Assembly: GCF_000354175.2 (NCBI RefSeq)
Contig: NC_022359.1
Span: 90,001-122,000, forward strand
From: Vibrio alginolyticus NBRC 15630 = ATCC 17749
Lineage (GTDB): Bacteria; Pseudomonadota; Gammaproteobacteria; Enterobacterales; Vibrionaceae
Direction: 5' to 3'
DNA: 32,000 nt
Below are positions 19,795 through 26,986 of this stretch, one piece after another. Each line of letters opens with the position of its first letter. The first letter of the stretch is position 1. The notes beneath the pieces are model-generated. The model searched no databases. It was not told the DNA's origin and saw nothing but the letters and a program-made list of their open reading frames with translations. Both the position numbers and the translations under genes were made by a program.

Positions 19795-20619
19795 TTAGTT
19801 AACTGAGATGTAACCTTTTTGGTCAACTAGCGCTTGCGCTTCGTCAGTTAGCATCCAGTCTAGGAATTTTTGCGTTTCTGTTGATGGCTTGCCTTCTTTG
19901 TAAAGAACAAGGAATGGACGCGCTACTTTGTAAGAACCGTTTTTAACGTTAGCTACCGTTGCATCAACGCCGTCGATTGCTAGCGCATTAACAGTGTTGT
20001 CTACAGTACCAAGAGAAATGTAGCCGATTGCGTATGGGTTAGATGCAACCATTGTTTTCAGTGCGCCGTTACCGTTTGCAACTTGAGCACGTTGAGAGAT
20101 AGCTGATACTTTCTTACCAGAAATCTTCATTTTTAGAGACATGATGTCTTCAAATGCGCCACGAGTACCAGAAGCCGTGTCACGAGTAATGGCTACGATT
20201 GGCTTGTCTGCACCACCGACTTCTTTCCAGTTTGATACTTCGCCTTTGTAGATTGCAGTCACTTGCTCGGCTGTTAGACCTGGCAGTTTGTTTTGTGGGT
20301 TAACAACCACTGCGATACCATCACGAGCAACCACTTCTTCGATTAGTGTTGATTCTTTTTCAGAGTCTTTTAGATTACGAGAAGACATACCAAGGTCTGC
20401 TGAACCATTTTTCGCTGCTTTTACACCAGCTGAAGAACCAGGACCTTGAACTTCGATAAATACGTTAGGGTTCTTCTTCATGTACGTTTCAGAGAAAACT
20501 TCCATCAGTGGAGTTACGCTGCTAGAACCCACTGCAGAGATAGTTTCTTTAGCAGAAACAGGAGTCACTGCCATTGCGCCTAGAAGTGCGATTGCACCGA
20601 TTACTGTCTTTTTCATCAC
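19795..20619 (-). CDS. pstS: Phosphate ABC transporter substrate-binding protein, short PstS family
   Basis: 274 aa. The signal peptide is MMKKTVIGAIALLGAMAVTPVSA. SAVGSSSVTP and GPGSSAGVKA motifs are typical of the short PstS type. It is the first gene of pstSCAB. Confidence 0.92.
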   Translation of the reverse strand: MMKKTVIGAIALLGAMAVTPVSAKETISAVGSSSVTPLMEVFSETYMKKNPNVFIEVQGPGSSAGVKAAKNGSADLGMSSRNLKDSEKESTLIEEVVARDGIAVVVNPQNKLPGLTAEQVTAIYKGEVSNWKEVGGADKPIVAITRDTASGTRGAFEDIMSLKMKISGKKVSAISQRAQVANGNGALKTMVASNPYAIGYISLGTVDNTVNALAIDGVDATVANVKNGSYKVARPFLVLYKEGKPSTETQKFLDWMLTDEAQALVDQKGYISVN

Positions 20620-20644
20620 AATTTCCTTAAGTGGCTTTATTGCC

Positions 20645-20705
20645 GTTGTGTTTCACTTGAACGGTGCTCACTTTAGAATTTGAATATGACAGTTGTGTTT
20701 CACTT
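20645..20705 (-). repeat. Exact 14-bp direct repeat in the pstS upstream region
   Basis: gttgtgtttcactt occurs at 20645-20658 and again at 20692-20705, 47 bp apart. On the pstS strand it reads AAGTGAAACACAAC. The proximal copy lies 26-39 nt upstream of the pstS ATG. Confidence 0.6.
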
Positions 20706-20733
20706 AGTTGAACCCTCTATGACACGTTGTCAT
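20686..20733 (-). promoter_or_regulatory. Pho-box-like TGTCAT half-sites upstream of pstS
   Basis: On the pstS strand, CTGTCAT lies at 20692..20686. A perfect palindrome ATGACA-cgt-TGTCAT lies at 20719-20733. The offset between the sites is 33 bp, or 3 x 11. The E. coli Pho-box half-site is CTGTCAT with 11-bp periodicity. No canonical 18-bp tandem box is present. Confidence 0.4.
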
Positions 20734-20946
20734 TTCTAACTATTAATTCCGCGACTTATCCCTCTCTCAATTTGAACGTAACGTTTTTATAAGTTGCCTC
20801 ATGTTCAAGATGATAACCCCATCGATTTTGGTACATTTCATAACAATTAGATATGAGTAACTCATTGATTTGGCAAATGTAACAATTAAAATCGAAATGC
20901 TTATTTATAAAAAAGATAATAATCAAACCGATAGAGGGTCAATCTC

Positions 20947-22590
20947 ATGCGTCAATTTCTTAGTACGCTTTCTATTAAACTTCAGGTTTTTCTGCCTGTT
21001 CTATTCACAGTTATATTACTCATCATTGGACTGAGTGTCGGAATCGGTAAACTCGATCAAGCATTCAATAAGGTTTCGGCTTCCACCCATAAGCTAATCA
21101 TTCACAAAGAGGAACTTAGCGGCATCGTAGACAACACTTACGCCATGCGCATCAAAGCCATTTATAGTCTATTTAGAGCCGAAGATGTTCAGTCTCTCAA
21201 CCAAGAGCTTTCTGAGCGACAAAACAAAAACCGCGATTTTCTTAACTCCATCGACAATCTCCCTGGCGTTCAAAATGAAGTCAATGCTATGCGTAAAGCC
21301 ATGAATCACTATGTTGATTTCACTCGCGTTACCATGACACCTCTGCTCACCACTAAACACTCTTCTGATTACACCACCTCTGATTTCAATCAAAAGTACG
21401 AATCTGCAATGGCTGAGTATCGATTAGCTGGCGAAGCGATGATCAACGCCATCGACAAACTATCTAAACAATTGAATCAAATCGTCACCGATGAAGTCGA
21501 AACGAATGGCGAACAACATTCAACCACGCTAACTTACAGCGCCGTCTCGCTTGCGGTGATCTTGAGTGCCGCTTCACTTATTAGTTGGGTACTCGCCAGC
21601 TACATCGTTGCGCCGATTCGTAACCTTCAAGTAACGATGCAGGAAGTCGCGAAGGGAAACCTACTAGTTAAGGCCGAAGCCATCGGGAAAAACGAAGTGT
21701 CTCAGTTGGCTCGGGATGTAAACCAGACCATAGAAAAACTGCGTGAAACTGTAAGCGCATTGGTTCGCATTAGTGAAGATGTGGCATCAGCATCAACCGA
21801 GTTAGCAACTGTTATGACTCAAAGCAGCGTCAACTCGGATCAAGAAAAGCAAGAAGTTGAGCAAGTAGCCTCGGCGATCAATCAGCTAGAGTCGACCGCA
21901 GCTGAAGTATCGACCAATGCACAAGAAGCCGATAGTGCATCAAATCAAGCACGTACGTTAACCTCACAAAGTATAAGCATGTTTGGGGAAAGTACTCGCG
22001 CAAGTGAAAAGATGGCGGAACAACTTAACGAAGCCGCTGCCGTCGTGACTTCGCTAAAAGATCAATCAGAACACATTGGTCGCGTGATCGAAGTGATTGA
22101 AGGTATTTCTGAGCAAACGAATCTACTTGCACTGAATGCAGCGATTGAAGCTGCACGGGCGGGCGAAAGTGGCAGAGGCTTTGCGGTAGTGGCCGATGAA
22201 GTACGTATGCTGGCAGCGCGAACTCAGGAGTCCACCAAAGAGATCCAAACCATTATAGAAGAGCTACAGCAACAATCTGGTCACGCAAATGAAAGTATGC
22301 ATTCCAGCTTAGCCATGTTGTCAGACAACCAAGCTCTTACACAAGAAGTTAGCCAATCACTTGCTAATATCAGTAATGCTATCGCCGATCTGAACTCAAT
22401 CAACACTCAAGTTGCGACCGCATCAGAAGAGCAGAAACAGGTTACGGCTGATATCAACAACAACTTAACGAACATCTATGAACTAGTGAGCCAGAACGTC
22501 ACTGGCATTACGCAATCCGCCGCGGCAGCGCAAGAGTTGTCTGGTTTAGCAGAAAATCAAAAACATCAACTTAAGCAGTTCCAAGTTTAA
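20947..22590 (+). CDS. Methyl-accepting chemotaxis protein with a four-helix-bundle-type sensor
   Basis: 547 aa. The layout is TM1, a helical periplasmic region of about 170 aa, TM2, a HAMP domain and an MA domain with [35 protein letters not shown]. It is divergent from pstS. Confidence 0.92.
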   Translation: MRQFLSTLSIKLQVFLPVLFTVILLIIGLSVGIGKLDQAFNKVSASTHKLIIHKEELSGIVDNTYAMRIKAIYSLFRAEDVQSLNQELSERQNKNRDFLNSIDNLPGVQNEVNAMRKAMNHYVDFTRVTMTPLLTTKHSSDYTTSDFNQKYESAMAEYRLAGEAMINAIDKLSKQLNQIVTDEVETNGEQHSTTLTYSAVSLAVILSAASLISWVLASYIVAPIRNLQVTMQEVAKGNLLVKAEAIGKNEVSQLARDVNQTIEKLRETVSALVRISEDVASASTELATVMTQSSVNSDQEKQEVEQVASAINQLESTAAEVSTNAQEADSASNQARTLTSQSISMFGESTRASEKMAEQLNEAAAVVTSLKDQSEHIGRVIEVIEGISEQTNLLALNAAIEAARAGESGRGFAVVADEVRMLAARTQESTKEIQTIIEELQQQSGHANESMHSSLAMLSDNQALTQEVSQSLANISNAIADLNSINTQVATASEEQKQVTADINNNLTNIYELVSQNVTGITQSAAAAQELSGLAENQKHQLKQFQV

Positions 22591-22634
22591 ATACTCTGCT
22601 CAACACGATAAGTTCCAAAGGTTAGAAAAGAAAA

Positions 22635-22654
22635 AGCTCCGCACTGGCGGAGCT
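22635..22654 (-). terminator. Rho-independent terminator closing the five-gene minus-strand operon; shared with the convergent MCP gene
   Basis: agctccgc (22635-22642), loop actg, gcggagct (22647-22654). On the minus strand it is followed by TTTTCTTTTC. The plus-strand tail is weak. Confidence 0.75.
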
Positions 22655-22691
22655 TATTAACATCTGGATTCGTGAAAATCCAACGGGGTGA

Positions 22692-23264
22692 TTACTCCTC
22701 GTCAGTAACCAGCAGAACAGAGGAAATGTTCGTTGACTCTAGTGGGTTCCAGTTGTAAACCTCACCATTAAATGAATCAAACACCATAACGTTTGAGCCA
22801 TCACCGTTTGGTGTGTTACTCCAGATGTAACCAGCATAGTCACCCACCTCTAGCGTGTAGCCACTTGCGAATGCAGTGCCGTTCATAGCAGGGCTATGGC
22901 AAGCACGTTCTGTCAACGCGACTAACTCCTTAATGTTTGGTATGCGCCAATTCTTTTTGCCAGCGAAGTCATATAAAGCATGATTACCTGATTCATTGCG
23001 GATTTGCTCAGCGGTTGATAGCGCTAACTGCCATGACATCTTAGTCGCAGCGCCATCACAAGCTTCGTTTGCCGTATTCCACGTTGAACCAACAGGGCAA
23101 CGCATCCATGTTAGACCTGTTTTCAGGTCAGTTACGGTACCGCTCTCAGAATATGTATAACGCGTGTTAGGTGCCGTTTTAGCAAAGTCAGTAGAACACT
23201 CTTGTGCAGCCATTACAGTTTGAGAAGCCAAAGCAAGAGATAGTACAGTTATTAATTTCTTCAT
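22692..23264 (-). CDS. Secreted DUF1566 (Lcl C-terminal domain-like) protein
   Basis: 190 aa with signal peptide MKKLITVLSLALASQTVMA. It carries DUF1566 hallmarks TGLTWMRCP and WRIPNIKELVAL. The start lies 1 nt after the upstream stop. Confidence 0.75.
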   Translation of the reverse strand: MKKLITVLSLALASQTVMAAQECSTDFAKTAPNTRYTYSESGTVTDLKTGLTWMRCPVGSTWNTANEACDGAATKMSWQLALSTAEQIRNESGNHALYDFAGKKNWRIPNIKELVALTERACHSPAMNGTAFASGYTLEVGDYAGYIWSNTPNGDGSNVMVFDSFNGEVYNWNPLESTNISSVLLVTDEE

Positions 23265-23265
23265 C

Positions 23266-24699
23266 TTATTGGCCCTTTACTGCTATTAGACGGATTGGGA
23301 ATTGGAATGACGTGCCTGTGTCACGCTCTACTTTGTCAGAATAAATTTCAACAAAGCTTACGTGGCCACGGTCAGCGCCCCTCGCTGCAATCACTGCAAA
23401 TTGAAGTGCACCTTCGTAGTTAGCAGGAGAGTAATTATTAAATGTGAAATCACTTAGCCAAATAGCACCTGAATTAGCATCTGGGCTGCCTTTACCCTGT
23501 TGAGGGAAGTAAGCTGTCGTCATACCATAGACATTGCCGTCGGCATCTTTCTCTGTCTCACCTAAGTCTAGAACATCGTAGAACTCTTGGTATGTTGGTA
23601 GGCGCCAGTCACTAATGCCACATAGTGATTGCTTGTTTATATGTTCAACATATTGGCTTGTTGAACAGATGCCATCAGCAGCATCCACACAACCAACGAC
23701 TTCAAGATCTTCGTAATACGGCTTAAATGTTTCAGACTCAAACGCAAATAGGCGATCTTTAAATTGAACCGAGCTCGCATCCGCACTCTTATTTTCCCAA
23801 ACAAGACCAGTACGTTCGTCCATAGTACAAGCCCACTCAGTCGCATCTGCAGCTAAAGCTGCACCTTGTGAATCTAGCTTAACGAACTTAAAGCCAGCGC
23901 CTGTCGACGTTTGCTTGTCTTCTTTGTCGAAGCCGTATTCTGCATCTTGACCAGGGTAAGACGCTTGAACCTCAGCAACGTCTGCTGCTCCTTCAGCAAA
24001 ATAAAGAACGGCGCCCGTATCGTTACTACCAACCGTTTGTTCAGCAACCGCTACAATTTCTTCAGCAAATGCACTTACTTCCGCTTCAGACAGAAGATCA
24101 GAGGCCAACGATTTACCTTGAAAGCTAAGATTTTGAGCAAGCAGCGCTACGCCTTTGATCATTTGCTTTGGTTGCATCGCAGCTAATAGCACAACCGTGT
24201 TTTGCTCTAGCTTGTCTAGCTCGCTAGCTTCTGCGTTAGACATCACCGTACCAGAAAGAGAAACGCCGGCATCGGCGAGTTGCGCTTTCACAATCTCTTC
24301 AGCTTGAGCAACGGTTTTACCGTCAATTACAAGACCCGCGAGCAACGTTGTTACACCATTGACCGTGTTACCCGTTGCTAAATTTTGACCCGGAGCCGCA
24401 AGACGCAACGTTTGGTTTGAACCTTGATCAACTTGAGCAAGAATGGTGCTGGTTAGTACGTTTTTGTCGCTTGAAGTCAGGCTAAATTTACCGGCATTAT
24501 CCGTTTTAGCACTCGGTTCAGTGGAATCACAGACGTAGTTTTGGTTTAAATCGATACATACTGGCGTATCAAGAAGTGTACCTGCAGAAACGATGGTGCC
24601 AGCTACATCATAGGTCGGTGCCGACGTGTCACCACCAGAACCTCCGCCACAGCCAGCTAGGGCTAGTGACATAGCAACGAAAGAATATTGAAACTTCAT
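23266..24699 (-). CDS. Lipoprotein with a C-terminal DUF1566 domain
   Basis: 477 aa. The lipobox LAGC is followed by the Gly/Ser linker GGGSGGD. The long N-terminal region contains CIDLNQNYVCDSTEP. The C-terminal part carries TGLVWENKSAD and DWRLPTYQEFYDVL. Confidence 0.75.
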   Translation of the reverse strand: MKFQYSFVAMSLALAGCGGGSGGDTSAPTYDVAGTIVSAGTLLDTPVCIDLNQNYVCDSTEPSAKTDNAGKFSLTSSDKNVLTSTILAQVDQGSNQTLRLAAPGQNLATGNTVNGVTTLLAGLVIDGKTVAQAEEIVKAQLADAGVSLSGTVMSNAEASELDKLEQNTVVLLAAMQPKQMIKGVALLAQNLSFQGKSLASDLLSEAEVSAFAEEIVAVAEQTVGSNDTGAVLYFAEGAADVAEVQASYPGQDAEYGFDKEDKQTSTGAGFKFVKLDSQGAALAADATEWACTMDERTGLVWENKSADASSVQFKDRLFAFESETFKPYYEDLEVVGCVDAADGICSTSQYVEHINKQSLCGISDWRLPTYQEFYDVLDLGETEKDADGNVYGMTTAYFPQQGKGSPDANSGAIWLSDFTFNNYSPANYEGALQFAVIAARGADRGHVSFVEIYSDKVERDTGTSFQFPIRLIAVKGQ

Positions 24700-24724
24700 A
24701 GATTTTATCTTCTTTTGATTTTAA

Positions 24725-26977
24725 TTAACGAGAGCGAATCACTCTCACCATTGAAAGCAGGAAAAGTCCTAACAAGGTCCAAGGCGAACCACTGCCACCT
24801 GAACCACCGCCACTGCTTTCTTTAGTGGTATCAGCACTACACTGATACTGAGCAAAGTGACTCACACCCCACTCTTTCAACACCCCAGAGTTCCCTGACA
24901 CGCGGTCAGACACTTCGAGACGCCAAGTACCCCAACTCGGTTGACCGACAAGTGCTTGTAACTCCTCGTCATACTGAGCGGTGAAGTAACCTTTAAATCC
25001 TTTGGTATTGCTTGATTGATGGCTAAGTAGCACGACCGATTTGCCTTGTGGAGACACTAGCGTCACTTGCAGATCTTGCAGTGAGTCATGTTCGATGTTC
25101 AGGTAAACCGCAAACGAATCATCAATCGTGCGTGACTTGTCCGATAGCGTCTGAGAGAACAGTCTGTCGCCCTGTTCCGGCAAAGCGGAGTTCACTGGTT
25201 GAGGCTGGATATCGAGCTCTGGCGTACCATTAACCAGCATCACCTTTTCACTCCACTGGTGAGTCTTTAGGCCTTCAGAAAATTGATAATCCAATGAAAT
25301 AGAGGAATCGAATTGCGTGCCACATGTTAGACCGCTTGGTAACGCCACCTTCATTGAGGTCGAGTCAGAAAGCGTTTCATCAAAGTCGAAAACAGATGCG
25401 TTGTTTAGCTGCCATTGCCCTTTGATGCTCGCTTCACGGCCAGTTTGGCTCAGGCTCAAACCAACGTCTTGACCTTGTGCGATGTATCGAGCGTCATAGC
25501 GAACACGAAGAGGCGCTTTAAGTAAGTTGTGTCTGTTGAAGCTGTCCGTCAGGAGTTGGGCGTAGTTTTTATTTGGGAACAAGGTGTTTGCGGCAAACAC
25601 GGTCGATTCCGCCAGATCATGCATTTTCACGCCACGACCAATGCCGTACATACCTTCAAGTACAATGGCGTCAAACTCGCGGAACACGTTATCGGTATCA
25701 TCACCGTATCGTTCAACCGATGCTTTAAGCGCTTGAAACAGCGGCGTTGACCATAGCTCGTCACCTAGTTCACCGCCCACACTGACGTGCGCTGGATACT
25801 CTGAGCTCTCGAAGTAACGTGCTCTTTGGTTCCATAAGCTACGAGTTGTTTTGCGTGTTCCGAACACACCGTCCCAGTTGAACACCGTATCTAACTCGAA
25901 TTCTTGACCACGACGCGAAGCATCCAAATATTGAATGCGGTAGCTCGCGCTGCCCGCCCAGTAATCAGCAAAACCCTCTGCGATAGCACCAGTGTGACCG
26001 TACGCCCAATCCGGTACGATTTGGTAATGAATGCCATGCCCAAGCTCGTGTATCACGACATCAGCATCGACTGCATCCGGAGAAACACCACCGACACCCA
26101 GCATGAGTGCTTTCGGACCGTAATAGTAAGTAGAGTTATCTTTTGATAAACCGCGAGCGTCAAAACGAAGCGGTTCGTCAAACAAGTCGTAAGTCAGGCT
26201 TGTCAGATATTGGATCGAGCTATCAAGATGATAAAAAGCCATCAACTGTGGGAACGCATTGTCACCAAACTCGGTGCTTTGCATCTCATCAACACTGTCA
26301 AATGCTTGAACCCCTTCTGCGCTGAGGAAGTCCAACGTATCGAGTACAGGCGCTTCACCAGGTGCTGGGGCTGCAAATAAACCCGTCGCATCCACTTGCT
26401 TTAATCTTGGGTTAGAGAGGTAGAACTTACCGCCGGACTTTAAAACCTCAATCGACTTGGTGACGTACTCGATCGGCTGAGGGTAATCAGACAGTGCTGA
26501 CCACGTCGATTCTGGTGCCGCTTGCTGTTGCATGGTGCGAAGATCTGGGTTGAATAAAGCAACCTCAACATTAACCAGACTTCCAGAGCTCAAAGCAGGT
26601 GGCTCTTGTGCTTGCAGTTGGCGAGGTGATTCCAATTCCATTGCAACCGTTGGTTTACCGTTGCGAATGATCGTATCTTCAAGGCTCTTAAACACTCGCA
26701 CAACGTGATGATTTTTATCAGTTGTTACTACTAAGGTGCGCTGTGCTTGATATTCACCGTTTACCCAAACATCAAAATTGTAATGCTCACCAAGCTGAGA
26801 CTGGGTTTTGTAACGGAACTTAAACTCACCCGCTTCTGAGTAGTGGCTGTCTAGATAAGTTTTCGCTTGCGCTTCATTGGTCACCACAGAATCCGTTGAG
26901 GGATAATCCCACTCTGCAGCCAGCGCCGCAGGGGTACATGCAATAAGCAGTGAAAACGCCAATGGTTTTAGCTTCAT
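24725..26977 (-). CDS. Secreted zinc metalloprotease (HEXXH gluzincin, M36/M4-like) with a proprotein-convertase P-domain and a GlyGly-CTERM sorting tail
   Basis: 750 aa with an N-terminal signal peptide. HELGH lies at aa 310-314 (nt 26036-26050), followed 20 residues later by GAIAEGFADYW, which supplies the third-ligand Glu. The P-domain signature is DLQVTLVSPQG...WGTWRLEVSD...GVLKEWGV. The C-terminus reads SSGGGSGGSGSPWTLLGLFLLSMVRVIRSR. Confidence 0.8.
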   Translation of the reverse strand: MKLKPLAFSLLIACTPAALAAEWDYPSTDSVVTNEAQAKTYLDSHYSEAGEFKFRYKTQSQLGEHYNFDVWVNGEYQAQRTLVVTTDKNHHVVRVFKSLEDTIIRNGKPTVAMELESPRQLQAQEPPALSSGSLVNVEVALFNPDLRTMQQQAAPESTWSALSDYPQPIEYVTKSIEVLKSGGKFYLSNPRLKQVDATGLFAAPAPGEAPVLDTLDFLSAEGVQAFDSVDEMQSTEFGDNAFPQLMAFYHLDSSIQYLTSLTYDLFDEPLRFDARGLSKDNSTYYYGPKALMLGVGGVSPDAVDADVVIHELGHGIHYQIVPDWAYGHTGAIAEGFADYWAGSASYRIQYLDASRRGQEFELDTVFNWDGVFGTRKTTRSLWNQRARYFESSEYPAHVSVGGELGDELWSTPLFQALKASVERYGDDTDNVFREFDAIVLEGMYGIGRGVKMHDLAESTVFAANTLFPNKNYAQLLTDSFNRHNLLKAPLRVRYDARYIAQGQDVGLSLSQTGREASIKGQWQLNNASVFDFDETLSDSTSMKVALPSGLTCGTQFDSSISLDYQFSEGLKTHQWSEKVMLVNGTPELDIQPQPVNSALPEQGDRLFSQTLSDKSRTIDDSFAVYLNIEHDSLQDLQVTLVSPQGKSVVLLSHQSSNTKGFKGYFTAQYDEELQALVGQPSWGTWRLEVSDRVSGNSGVLKEWGVSHFAQYQCSADTTKESSGGGSGGSGSPWTLLGLFLLSMVRVIRSR

Positions 26978-26986
26978 GATTTCGTC

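Noticed and set aside
24725-26977. The metalloprotease as a lipoprotein, on the basis of LIAC at residues 11-14.
   Set aside because: The hydrophobic stretch before the Cys is only about 9 residues, and a conventional Sec cleavage site (ALA-AE) follows. This is ambiguous by eye, so no lipoprotein call is made. The C-terminal GlyGly-CTERM tail is the clearer anchoring signal.
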